DNA from: Bacteroidales bacterium
GTDB lineage: Bacteria > Bacteroidota > Bacteroidia > Bacteroidales > JBDKHP01
Length of the DNA: 64,000 nt
Reading direction: 5' to 3'
NCBI GenBank assembly: GCA_965230435.1
Contig: CBDDLB010000002.1
Location: 2,326,706 to 2,390,705, forward strand
Part shown: in pieces, positions 34,337 to 44,279 of the stretch
Layout of the letters: every line of letters starts with the position of its first letter
How positions within the stretch are numbered: position 1 is the stretch's first letter
Made by a program: the position numbers and the translations under genes
The notes under the pieces: generated by a model
Databases searched by the model: none
Told to the model about the DNA's origin: nothing
What the model saw: only the letters and a program-made list of their open reading frames with translations

Positions 34337-36757
34337 ATGAAACAACTACTACTTTTAACAACATGGCTAATTGCTTCGATGAGCCTACAGGCACAAAGTT
34401 ACGATCAGCATGAAGTGGAAAAGCTCAAAGCTTTTTTCGAACAGGCTTCGGCTATTGAAGGCAAAAGCAATGGAGAAATTCTAGAAATTAAAGACTTTAA
34501 TGACCCAAGTTCTTGGTCTGGCATTGTATGGCAAGATGGCAAAACTGAAATAAAGGCAACTGAAATAAAGTGGGACAGAGAGAAAAATCCCTCTAAAATC
34601 GCAGGACATCTTGACTTAAGCGGATTTACAGCTCTGACAACGCTTGATTGTAGCTATAACCAAATCAGCAGTTTAAATGTTAGTGGAAATACCGCTCTGA
34701 CCAACCTTAAATGTGGCACAAACGCGTTAACCGGCTTAGTTTTGAAGTCTACCAGCGCATTGACCTCTTTATCCTGTCCAAACAATCAGCTTCCCAGCCT
34801 AAATCTTACCGAATGTACAAAACTTGCAGGCCTACTATGTAACAAAAACAAAATCGCACAACTAGATGTAAGCAAGAATATTGAGTTAATACGACTTTTC
34901 TGTGCCCTCAACGAACTGAGTAAGTTAGATCTTGAAAACAACACAAAATTAAAAGCTGTCTACTGCAACAAAAACTGGATTAGCTATTTGGATGTAACCA
35001 AATGTGAAGAACTGACTTTTTTGAACTGTGCCGATAATCAATTGGCTAATTTGGATGTGACGAAAAATATAAGATTAGGATTTCTAATCTGTAGTAACAA
35101 CCAACTGGTAGATCTAGATATAACAATTAATCCAATATTGAAGCGGTTGTATTGTAATAATAATCAACTGAAAAAAATAAACACGGCACACAATGCAAGC
35201 TTGCAAACTCTGTTCTGTCATAACAATCTACTCACAACGCTTAATGTAGAAAAAAATGAACAACTCAGTTCCCTAGACTGTAGTAATAACTACATTCGTA
35301 TGAGTCAGCTTCCTGTTGTATCTTCTAACAACTACTTTTATAAGTATAGCCCTCAGTTTCTAATCTTTGGAAGCAAGAGCGAAAAAGGTTATCACCTTGC
35401 TGGCGATGCACTTATCGATCTCAGTACTGAACAAACTATTCGGGGAATCGAAAGTTCCATTATCTGGAAAGATGATAAACATCGGGAAATAAAACCAACA
35501 ATCAACAGTGGATGGGTCTTCAGCTTCGATGATTATCCAGACAAAACCAAGATATACTGCGAAATTACCAATCCTCTATTTCCAGACTTTAAACCGTTAG
35601 TTTCCAATAAATTCATTATTGACAATGAGACACCAGAATTTGTAAATCAAGAATTCTCCGTTGCCATAAACGCAGCAAAGACGAGCTATGTTGGAACGTT
35701 GACTGCGAAAGATTCAGAACAGAAAGTATTGAATTACACAATTGTATCTGGAAACGAAGAAAACATTTTTGCTCTTAATTCTTCAACTGGAGAAATAACC
35801 GTAAACAAGTCTTTAGCTTCGGACTATGAAGCAGGGCCAAGATTCGTTATTAAAGTAGCAGTTTCGGATGGAGCAAACACTGCCACCGCAAACATTAGCA
35901 TCTGGATTACTGAAGCGCAAATTGCCGATCAGGAATTCTCGATACCTGAGAACTCGCCTGAAACTTCTGTAGTTGGAGTAGTAAAGGTAAATAAACCAAA
36001 GTCCGATGCTTTGCATTTCGAAATTATGTCGGGCAACGACTCTGGTATTTTCGAACTAAATCCCACACTTGGTCTGATAAAAATTGTCTCTCTTTTGGAT
36101 TATGAAACAACACCTGAACATACTTTCTTGGTAAAAATTACAGATGGAAAAGTTAAAAGCATCATTAGCGTAGTTATAAATGTAAAAGATATAAATGAAG
36201 CTCCCACCATCGAAGACCTAGAGTTTAGTATGAATGAGAACATAGACAATGAGACTGTGCTCAAAACATTAACCGCGACCGACCCTGAGAATAAAGACTT
36301 AATGTTCAGAATTGTAGATGGAAACGTAAATGATGCTTTTGCGATAATTCCTCATACTGGAGAGTTAATTGTCAACAACAGACCGGCCCTGGATTTTGAA
36401 ACAACTCCTGAGTTTGAACTTGTGGTAAGTGTGTCGGATGGGGTGAACATAAGCAATGCAACTTTGAAGATAAAACTAAATGACATAAAGGAGGTTACAT
36501 CAATAACAAAACTTGCAGCACAAGGAATTCATATTTATCCTATACCAGCCAATGATTGGATCAATGTGAAATTTGACAACCCTAATATACCGTTTAACCG
36601 ATATGAAATTATTGATTTCAATGGGAAACAGATTTCAGTAGGACAGCTTGTCGGAAGCAAAACAGAAATTAATGTAAGTGGAATGCGTGAGGGCTTCTAT
36701 TTCATTCAATTACTGGGCAAAATGCACATGGAAACTATTAAATTTAGTGTAAAATAA
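34337..36757 (+). CDS. Paralogous LRR, cadherin-like (x4) and T9SS CTD surface protein
   Basis: The signal peptide MKQLLLLTTWLIASMSLQAQ starts at the internal Met (34337), so the track start at 34277 was rejected. The N-terminal ~90 aa and C-terminal ~100 aa are closely similar to 30525..33869. Confidence 0.85.
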   Translation: MKQLLLLTTWLIASMSLQAQSYDQHEVEKLKAFFEQASAIEGKSNGEILEIKDFNDPSSWSGIVWQDGKTEIKATEIKWDREKNPSKIAGHLDLSGFTALTTLDCSYNQISSLNVSGNTALTNLKCGTNALTGLVLKSTSALTSLSCPNNQLPSLNLTECTKLAGLLCNKNKIAQLDVSKNIELIRLFCALNELSKLDLENNTKLKAVYCNKNWISYLDVTKCEELTFLNCADNQLANLDVTKNIRLGFLICSNNQLVDLDITINPILKRLYCNNNQLKKINTAHNASLQTLFCHNNLLTTLNVEKNEQLSSLDCSNNYIRMSQLPVVSSNNYFYKYSPQFLIFGSKSEKGYHLAGDALIDLSTEQTIRGIESSIIWKDDKHREIKPTINSGWVFSFDDYPDKTKIYCEITNPLFPDFKPLVSNKFIIDNETPEFVNQEFSVAINAAKTSYVGTLTAKDSEQKVLNYTIVSGNEENIFALNSSTGEITVNKSLASDYEAGPRFVIKVAVSDGANTATANISIWITEAQIADQEFSIPENSPETSVVGVVKVNKPKSDALHFEIMSGNDSGIFELNPTLGLIKIVSLLDYETTPEHTFLVKITDGKVKSIISVVINVKDINEAPTIEDLEFSMNENIDNETVLKTLTATDPENKDLMFRIVDGNVNDAFAIIPHTGELIVNNRPALDFETTPEFELVVSVSDGVNISNATLKIKLNDIKEVTSITKLAAQGIHIYPIPANDWINVKFDNPNIPFNRYEIIDFNGKQISVGQLVGSKTEINVSGMREGFYFIQLLGKMHMETIKFSVK

Positions 36758-36814
36758 GTACGTTGCAGGTTACTTGCAGAAAGCGAACCTAAAAAAAATA
36801 GACCTGAGACCTTA
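36755..36814 (-). repeat. ~95-bp intergenic repeat family, partial copy
   Basis: GGTTACTTGCAGAAAGCGAACCTAAAAAAAATAGACCTGAGACCTTA parallels the reverse complement of 45136-45190 and 40234-40279. It abuts the stop codon of 34337..36757. Confidence 0.4.
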
Positions 36815-36913
36815 TCGGTGGTATCTCCGTTCTGAAACTAGAACAATTAGCATAAGAAAAATGGCTTTGAAGATAAATCCTCAAAGCCATTTTTCATGTA
36901 AAAATTCATTTAC

Positions 36914-37801
36914 TTATTCAACAACGATAACTTCCGGGAACTGCTTCTTCAACTGCACAACCTCATGCGGTGGTACTTCCGTACCTGTGATTGAAAGCAC
37001 TTGTAAGTAAGCATGCGCCATCAGATACTTGATGGTTTTAACGCGTGTTTCCGAGATATTGAGTTCTTTCAACGTCCTAACCTTCATCAGTTGCCGGACA
37101 CTCAGTAACGGCGTTTTTGAGCAATCCAGAACCTGAAGTTCTGGTAATCCCTCAAGGGCAGCCAGCGACTCGATATTCGTTCCGCTACAGTTTACCTCGG
37201 TCAGTTTCTTCAGTCCTTCCAAAAACATTAGATCATAGATACCTGTGTTGTTGGCAACATTCAGATTCTTTAGGTTGTTGAGGTTAGCAATTGGCGACAG
37301 CGAACGTATCGTTGTGTATTCACAGTTCAGTTCTTCCAGTTCCAGAAGTCCCCGCACAGGACTTAGGCTTATCACCATAGTTTCTTGAATATTGAGGCTT
37401 TTTAACATTTCTAGCCCTTCCACTTCCGGGATCTCCAAAAGATTGTCATTAAAAGAACAGTCAAGCTCTTTGAGTGCCTTTAAATTTTCAATTCCCTTTA
37501 GTGATTCAATAGTGGTGCGCGATAAATTCAGTTTCTCCAAGTAAACAAGCTTACGCAATGGCTCTAAGCTTTTGATCTGTTTATTCCCTGAGATGTTGAG
37601 CCTGCGTAATTTCATCAATTCTTGCAGGTAAACATCCGGAAGTTGGTCGATTTTCTTTCTGATATTTAACTCTTTCAAAAAAGCAGCCTTCCAGACAGGA
37701 GTTAGGCCGTCCCACCAACTCCTGTCTACTTTAGGAGCCTGTTGGGCAATCAAACTTGTCGATAAAACCAGTGCAATAATTGATGCAAAAAATCTCTTCA
37801 T
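36914..37801 (-). CDS. Secreted leucine-rich repeat protein (internalin-like 22-aa repeats)
   Basis: 295 aa with signal peptide MKRFFASIIALVLSTSLIAQ and about 10 repeats of LxxLxxLxxLxxLxLxxTxI. Confidence 0.8.
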   Translation of the reverse strand: MKRFFASIIALVLSTSLIAQQAPKVDRSWWDGLTPVWKAAFLKELNIRKKIDQLPDVYLQELMKLRRLNISGNKQIKSLEPLRKLVYLEKLNLSRTTIESLKGIENLKALKELDCSFNDNLLEIPEVEGLEMLKSLNIQETMVISLSPVRGLLELEELNCEYTTIRSLSPIANLNNLKNLNVANNTGIYDLMFLEGLKKLTEVNCSGTNIESLAALEGLPELQVLDCSKTPLLSVRQLMKVRTLKELNISETRVKTIKYLMAHAYLQVLSITGTEVPPHEVVQLKKQFPEVIVVE

Positions 37802-38120
37802 CTGTTTAAATTTTTTTCATTTGCCAGATGTAACTCCCAAATAAATCAGTCCATTCCTATGAGTAAAACTTGAATGAGTGAACTTAAATGGTCGTTTCAT
37901 TTTTCTTCGTATGAATATAGCTATCGTTGGTGTTATGAACGAACGTGTTGTATAATTGTTCCCCATGTACTAGGAAAACAATCAGTTTTAAGATGCAGAT
38001 ACATGAACTGGGGTGCGATTCCAAACTGCAACAAAGTTACTACATAATAAAAAAACTGAAAAACAGATTCCGTGCCAAGAATAAAAAAGTAGAGAAAGAT
38101 CGAACATTAGTAAAAAATTC

Positions 38121-38128
38121 TATCTTTG
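38121..38128 (+). promoter_or_regulatory. Candidate -7 box (TATCTTTG) upstream of pruA
   Basis: TAnnTTTG match 54 nt upstream of ATG 38182. Confidence 0.3.
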
Positions 38129-38181
38129 CTTCTATAATACGAATATCATTCAGAGTTAACAACTTAATTAAATAAAAAACA

Positions 38182-39807
38182 ATGTCGATTTTCACTCCGC
38201 CAGCGGCTAAGAACGAGCCGGTTTTGGAATACCGCCCAGATTCGAAAGAAAGAATACAACTGAAAGCTGCCATTGAGGAAATGCGTTCTGAGCAAGTAGA
38301 AATCCCAATGTACATTAACGGAAAAGCTGTAACAACAGGCAATCTTGGTACTCTGCACCCTCCACACGATCACAAACACACACTGGGTTCTTTTCACAAA
38401 GGCGGAGCTGAACACGTTGAAATGGCGATTGAAGCAGCATTGGCCGCACGTCCAAAATGGGCTGCAATGCCATGGGAGCACCGTGCTTCTATCTTCCTAA
38501 AAGCTGCTGACCTAATTGCAAGTAAATATCGCGCAAAAATCAATGCGGCAACAATGCTTGGGCAGTCAAAAAATGTATATCAAGCAGAAATTGACTCAGC
38601 CTGCGAATTGGCAGATTTTCTTCGCTTCAATGTACAGTACATGACAGAAATTTTCCGTCAGCAGCCAAACAGCTCAGAGCTTATCTGGAACCGTGTTCAG
38701 CAACGTGGTCTGGAAGGCTTTATTTTCGCATTAACACCGTTCAACTTTACGGCCATCGCAGGTAACCTACCTTCTGCTCCTGCTATGATGGGCAATGTAG
38801 CAGTTTGGAAAGCTTCGAACACACAGATTTATGCTGCACGCGTTATCATGGAAATCTTTATGGAAGCTGGCCTTCCAGCAGGTGTTATCAACCTTGTTTA
38901 CGTTCCTGGCCCTGTTGCTGGCGAAGTGATCTTCCAACATCCAGACTTTGCAGGTATCCACTTCACAGGATCTACCGCAGTATTCCAAAACATCTGGAAA
39001 ACTATCGGAAACAACATCCACAAGTACAAAACTTATCCTCGTATCGTAGGTGAAACAGGAGGTAAGGACTTTGTAATGGTTCACCAATCGGCAGATGTTA
39101 AAGCTGTGGTAACTGCATTGGTGCGCGGCGCATACGAATTCCAAGGACAAAAATGCTCGGCTGCTTCACGTGCCTACATCCCTGCCAGCTTATGGCCTGC
39201 AATAAAAGAAGGATTGGATGAGCAAATCCCTTCCTTAAAAATGGGTGGAGTTGAAGATTTTACTAACTTTGTTAACGCGGTAATCGACGAAAGCTCTTTC
39301 GATAAGATCCAGAAATACATAGACGATGCCAAGGCCTCTAACGAAGCTGAAGTTATCATTGGAGGAAAATGCGACAAGTCTGTAGGTTACTTCGTTGAGC
39401 CTACGGTTATTCTTACGGCCAATCCGAAGTACGTAACAATGGAAGAGGAAATCTTTGGGCCAGTACTAACAATTTACATTTACGAAGACGACAAGTTCGA
39501 AGAAACTCTTGAGGTTCTCGACAGCACATCGATGTATGCCCTTACGGGAGCAATTTTTGCACAAGACAGAGAGGCTGCCATTCTTGCAGAAGAAAAACTT
39601 GTACATGCCGCAGGAAATTTCTACATTAACGACAAACCAACTGGTGCCGTTGTAGGTCAACAGCCATTTGGAGGTTCGCGTGGTTCGGGAACAAATGACA
39701 AAGCTGGCGGTATGATCAACCTACTACGTTGGGTAAGTCCGCGTACAATAAAGGAAAACTTTGTACCTCCTTACGAATATAGCTACCCGTTCATGAGCGA
39801 GGAGTAA
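38182..39807 (+). CDS. pruA: L-glutamate gamma-semialdehyde (1-pyrroline-5-carboxylate) dehydrogenase
   Basis: 541 aa aldehyde dehydrogenase. Contains ETGGKDF and FQGQKCSAASR (catalytic Cys region). The N-terminus MSIFTPPAAKNEPVLEYRP is typical of the long PruA type. Confidence 0.9.
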   Translation: MSIFTPPAAKNEPVLEYRPDSKERIQLKAAIEEMRSEQVEIPMYINGKAVTTGNLGTLHPPHDHKHTLGSFHKGGAEHVEMAIEAALAARPKWAAMPWEHRASIFLKAADLIASKYRAKINAATMLGQSKNVYQAEIDSACELADFLRFNVQYMTEIFRQQPNSSELIWNRVQQRGLEGFIFALTPFNFTAIAGNLPSAPAMMGNVAVWKASNTQIYAARVIMEIFMEAGLPAGVINLVYVPGPVAGEVIFQHPDFAGIHFTGSTAVFQNIWKTIGNNIHKYKTYPRIVGETGGKDFVMVHQSADVKAVVTALVRGAYEFQGQKCSAASRAYIPASLWPAIKEGLDEQIPSLKMGGVEDFTNFVNAVIDESSFDKIQKYIDDAKASNEAEVIIGGKCDKSVGYFVEPTVILTANPKYVTMEEEIFGPVLTIYIYEDDKFEETLEVLDSTSMYALTGAIFAQDREAAILAEEKLVHAAGNFYINDKPTGAVVGQQPFGGSRGSGTNDKAGGMINLLRWVSPRTIKENFVPPYEYSYPFMSEE

Positions 39808-39858
39808 AATTTCATAAAACTGGTATAAACTTTAACCCCTAAATAACCAGTATGTGTT

Positions 39859-39890
39859 GCCTCGGTCTTTAGGCCGGGGCTTTTTATTTA
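39859..39890 (+). terminator. Rho-independent terminator after pruA
   Basis: GCCTCGG (39859-39865) pairs with CCGGGGC (39874-39880), including one G-U pair, and is followed by TTTTTATTTATTTTT. Confidence 0.7.
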
Positions 39891-40185
39891 TTTTTCGATC
39901 GCAATACTAGATTATAATTTACATAATCAGCCTCTTAATGAACTACAGATCATAATCAATCCTGCAAGCATAACACTATAATTCGGTCTTTCCATTACCT
40001 TTCTTGTCACAAGGTTTACCTGCGCCAGTTCCTCTTTCTTTGGAGTAAACTTAGGATGTATGCTTTCGGCTTCTAAGTATTTGTCAGTAAGTCTGGATAA
40101 TACACATGTCGCTGCCTTTCCAATTCCGTTTCTCTTGTTCACTTTATCATCTTCTTATTCTTGTCTTTTGTACTCGTTGAAAAGG

Positions 40186-40279
40186 TGAACTACATCATAA
40201 TTAAATTAGAATCATTCTAGAGCTAAGTGGCTGGTTACATGCAGAAAGTAAATCAAAACAAAAAAAGCCAGAAACCTTA
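40186..40279 (-). repeat. ~95-bp intergenic repeat family, near full-length copy
   Basis: CATCATAATTAAATTAGAATCATTCTAGAGCTAAGTGGCTGGTTACATGCAGAAAGTAAATC...AACCTTA parallels the reverse complement of 45136-45240. Confidence 0.5.
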
Positions 40280-40354
40280 GAGGTGAATGAGAAAAGTATT
40301 TATTTTGCACGGCCTGCCATACACACCTACGACAAATCCTTCTGAATTAGAATC

Positions 40355-41131
40355 TTACCTTCTAAAATCTGCCGTTCGTTTATCTAGGAACGCATCCACC
40401 CCCTCTTTCTTGTCGTCGCTGGCGAAACATTCCCCAAAGAGTTCGGCCTCTTTTTCAAACCCATCTACCTCTTTATTTGAGTGGGCATTTACGGCTCTTA
40501 TTACCCCTGCTATTGCTATTGGTGATTTCGAAATGATCTTCTTCATCAGCTCCACAGACTTGAACATAAGTCTCACCGCAGGAAATACGTGATTTACCAA
40601 ACCTATTTCCAATGCCTCCTTGGCACTTACCATTTCGGCTGTCATTAGCAGCTCCATTGCTTTTCCCTTTCCCACCAACTGTATCAAGCGCTGCGTGCCG
40701 CCAAAACCAGGTATAAGGCCAAGGTTTACTTCTGGCTGTCCGAATTTTGCATTCTCCGAAGCCAGACGGATATGACAGGCCATAGCCAGTTCACAGCCCC
40801 CGCCCAAAGCGTACCCGTTTACTGCTGCTATAACAGGTTTCGGGCAGTATTCAATTAAACGGAGAACCCGCTGTCCTGATTCGGCCAACAGTTTCCCTTC
40901 GTTATCGTTGTGATTTGCAAATTCCGTAATGTCCGATCCAGCTACAAAAGCTTTATCGCCCACACCAGTAACAATGGCTCCGTAGAGTGTGCTATCTTCG
41001 TAGAGTTCCAAAACAGCTGTCTCTATTTCAACAAGTGTTTCAGAATTTAATGCATTTAAAAAATCTGGACGGCTAATCCTAATAATCAGAATCCCGTCTT
41101 CTTTTACTAATTCTAAATTTTCAAATTTCAT
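40355..41131 (-). CDS. Enoyl-CoA hydratase/isomerase (crotonase) family protein
   Basis: 258 aa from ATG 41131 (MKFENLELVKEDGILIIRISRP). Contains FVAGSDI and AAVNGYALGGGCELAMACH, the crotonase oxyanion-hole region. The track start at 41230 was rejected. Confidence 0.9.
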   Translation of the reverse strand: MKFENLELVKEDGILIIRISRPDFLNALNSETLVEIETAVLELYEDSTLYGAIVTGVGDKAFVAGSDITEFANHNDNEGKLLAESGQRVLRLIEYCPKPVIAAVNGYALGGGCELAMACHIRLASENAKFGQPEVNLGLIPGFGGTQRLIQLVGKGKAMELLMTAEMVSAKEALEIGLVNHVFPAVRLMFKSVELMKKIISKSPIAIAGVIRAVNAHSNKEVDGFEKEAELFGECFASDDKKEGVDAFLDKRTADFRR

Positions 41132-42295
41132 CGGTTGTCTGGTTTGAAAATACAGGATCGATTTGAAATGTGTATGAACAAACGTCTTTTCCTCGTAATT
41201 TTGTATTTCATGATGCCCCGTCGTAAACATCTCATAATCAACATCACAAAAAAATTTACTATGAAGAAAACAGAACTGTTGAGTGCCTTTTCGATAATTC
41301 CGTACGTTCTACCGATTATTGATAAAACCATAAACATATTCTCTGCAAATAGCTCTTAGTTCTTGTATCCAACAAACTAAAAACAAATAGCTAGCCAATG
41401 TATGGAAGTATATCAAGGAACTGAACTTGAAAAATACAAAAAAACATTTAATCTTCGGTCAGAACCGCATACTTTTTAAACAATATGAGTGTTGAAACAG
41501 CTCAGTTTTTGCCTTGTAAACGAATGATCTGCTAAGCAAATTCATTTGGTAATATCGCCCAGCCTTGGAATAAAGATGCCAAATATGGTTTAATTATCGT
41601 AACCCACTCGTTCTTAGATGTAAATTTAAGATTTAATCGCTCCTCACCCTTGATATAAGGCTACTGTTTCCATTTGATAAACTTCAAACAATTTGAAAAA
41701 AAGGTGGTTATTATAAGATCACTGTTCTATTATTTAATTACTCATTGTTTTTCTGATGACTGAATAAAAATCAATAAAACTAATGCTTCTATCGTTTTAA
41801 CTTCTAAATCGTAACTGTAGAACTACTTTGAAATAGTTTTTACTGATTTTCAGAAGTCATTTCAGAATTCCAGACATTCTATGGAATTATTTTGGCTTGT
41901 AGAATTAAAATCGGCTATCAAAAACCTATGAAACATCTTATAAATTCCTATTTCAAAAAAGTAGGGGCATAGAATTTGATCCAATTACAACGAACTGTGT
42001 TGTGCTAAAAATCTTGTAGCAGCCCTACATTAAATATTTTATTCGAAATAAGTCTGCCTGAATTGTTGTGTAAAGATGTATCTCAAGCCTTACCCTTGAT
42101 AACATTCAAGCTCCCGAATGTGTTAAGAAAGAAGATTTCTTTTGACAAAACCAACACCTTAGCACCCGAACAAGTCTATATCGTTCCAGTGCGGAGTTTA
42201 TAATAAATTGATTTATATTCGTATCACCAGTCGATTGTCTGGAAGTCAATGGCTATTTGAAGTTCGACTGCCTGACAACAGAAAAAAAGAAACCT

Positions 42296-43066
42296 ATGCA
42301 GAACTTAAAAAGAACTATACTTTTTGTTTCTATGTTGTTGCTTGCCTTTGCCTGTGACAATACAACAACAGATAGCGGCAACACCACCAAAAGAGACGTG
42401 AACACGGTAAAAGCAACGGAATTCGAAGCTCAGGATTATAATATTCCCAACGAACTGAAGTACATTAAACAGAAATTTGATTTCCTGTACGGTAAATTCC
42501 GACCAATTGGCTGGTCCGGCGATGGTAAATTGGCTTACATAATAGAACCTGCTGACGAAGCCTGCGGTTGTTATTTCTTCGAACTATATATTCAGGACAT
42601 GAAATCTGACAGGCTGGTCTATGAGTTCAAACACAACGACAATGGCAGTGGGGATAACTTAAGCTCGGTCTGGGATAAAAATTATGAGCTTTTCAAAAAA
42701 GAGCTCACCAAGCACAAAATTATTCAAAAAGGCTCCCAGAAACTTCAAAAACGTGATTTTACTATCAATAAACAGAAATACACTGCAAAAATAAAGACAC
42801 AAAGCAAACAAGATCCTGATTTTTCGATAGAATTGGTGAAAAACACCAAGGTTTTCATCTCTAAAAATGGCAAAGAAAAACAGGTTATGGACAGAAAATC
42901 AGACAAACATGACCTTCTTGAGAATGTAACATTGTCTGGGGTAATTGCCAGCCCTTTTGAAGAACGTATTGCAATAGTACTTCAGGAAGAGAATAGAGGA
43001 TACGAAGGGCCTCCAAACGTACTAAGTATACGCCTTGTTGGCGCCAGCCTATCAAAAGGCTTTTAA
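42296..43066 (+). CDS. Hypothetical lipoprotein
   Basis: MQNLKRTILFVSMLLLAFAC lipobox at the internal Met (42296). No known motif. Confidence 0.55.
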   Translation: MQNLKRTILFVSMLLLAFACDNTTTDSGNTTKRDVNTVKATEFEAQDYNIPNELKYIKQKFDFLYGKFRPIGWSGDGKLAYIIEPADEACGCYFFELYIQDMKSDRLVYEFKHNDNGSGDNLSSVWDKNYELFKKELTKHKIIQKGSQKLQKRDFTINKQKYTAKIKTQSKQDPDFSIELVKNTKVFISKNGKEKQVMDRKSDKHDLLENVTLSGVIASPFEERIAIVLQEENRGYEGPPNVLSIRLVGASLSKGF

Positions 43067-43131
43067 ATCAGATACAAACCTCACAGACACCACAAAACAA
43101 CCACGACTCTATTGTCTGTGATAAAAGTGTT

Positions 43132-44091
43132 TAGAGGTGTTTATTTAAGTACAATCCACTATGTCAATAAATTTCACAGGAGGTCTATTTGTCATACGTT
43201 CAATGAGCTTATGAAATATAGAGCCCTTGAAAATAGATCTGTTGATCCTAAAAGAATATTCAGCTAAATATTTATCGGTGTGTTTTGGTGCGATCCAGGA
43301 AAAATTCGTCCTGATCCAGCTTTTGATCTGATGTATCACATTGTGCAGCTGCATGAAATTCTTCCCTTTCCTACTGGGTATCTGCTCAATATTATAATCT
43401 TTAGCGACCGGTCTGTAGCCCCTCCACTCATCAGTGACCACCTGGGCCTGCCTGCTGATATGTTTTTCAAAAATCCCCCGCAGAGATTTGGAAGAAAAAT
43501 CTTCGATCTTCTGTGAATACACCCTTTTAATCTGCTGTTTGTCATCAAGTTCCACGGCACAGACCACTTTTTTCTTTTTTGTATCATAACTGCGCCCCTG
43601 TTTGCCGTTCTCTTTGCCACCGAAAACAAACTCGTCCACATGGACTGTCCCTTCAACCGGCTGATCTCCTTGACTCTCCATTGCCAGCCTGACTTTATGG
43701 CTGAATGCCCAGGCTGTTTTCCTTGAGATGCCGTAACGTTCCGAAAGCTGGGAGGAGGACATCCCTTTGGTCGTGGCACTGAGCTCAAAACAGATCAGGA
43801 AAGCTTTGCGGATGCCGAATTTCAACTTGTGGAAAAGAGTGCCTGCCGTTGTACTTTCCCTGTGTTTACAAAGGGTACAGGTACGTTCATGTTTTTTTCC
43901 GCTACTGTAGTGTGTATGACCGCACTTTTTACATTTATAACCGTTAGTCCACTTGATTTCAGACAGATAAAGATAGCAGCTATTGTCGTCTGGAAAACGT
44001 TCTATGAACTTTATGAAACCTTCTCCGTGAAATTCTTGCATAATTGTTTTTATTTCATGCAAATATAATTGTTTCTAAGTAAACACCTCTA
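43132..44091 (-). mobile_element. IS1595-family insertion sequence, intact, with 8-bp target site duplication
   Basis: The ends TAGAGGTGTTTATTTAAG... and ...CTAAGTAAACACCTCTA are imperfect inverted repeats. They are flanked by direct AAAGTGTT at 43124-43131 and 44092-44099. Contains a single transposase ORF. Confidence 0.85.
43145..44041 (-). CDS. IS1595-family (ISXO2-like) DDE transposase
   Basis: N-terminal zinc-ribbon CKKCGH...CTLCKH, an HTH-like segment MSSSQLSERYGISRKTAW, then VHVDEF and DEWRGY blocks. ATG at 44041; an alternative TTG start lies at 44062. Confidence 0.85.
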   Translation of the reverse strand: MQEFHGEGFIKFIERFPDDNSCYLYLSEIKWTNGYKCKKCGHTHYSSGKKHERTCTLCKHRESTTAGTLFHKLKFGIRKAFLICFELSATTKGMSSSQLSERYGISRKTAWAFSHKVRLAMESQGDQPVEGTVHVDEFVFGGKENGKQGRSYDTKKKKVVCAVELDDKQQIKRVYSQKIEDFSSKSLRGIFEKHISRQAQVVTDEWRGYRPVAKDYNIEQIPSRKGKNFMQLHNVIHQIKSWIRTNFSWIAPKHTDKYLAEYSFRINRSIFKGSIFHKLIERMTNRPPVKFIDIVDCT

Positions 44092-44279
44092 AAAGTGTTT
44101 TTATTTCTTTATCGGGAACCGAACAAGAAGCCCGACATGTGAATTTCGCCCTATATTTCATAGAAGAAAGCATGCCGACATGGGCTGCTGCTTGAGAAAA
44201 AATAGGGCAGTCAGTTATTTTCTTTTAAGAAAAAGCCTTACTTTTATAAAAAACTAATTTCTAAAAATCTAAACCACAT

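Noticed and set aside
39927-40142. 71-aa GTG-initiated ORF between pruA and the crotonase gene
   Set aside because: It has a non-ATG start, no recognisable motif, and is adjacent to a copy of the ~95-bp repeat family. The evidence is insufficient.
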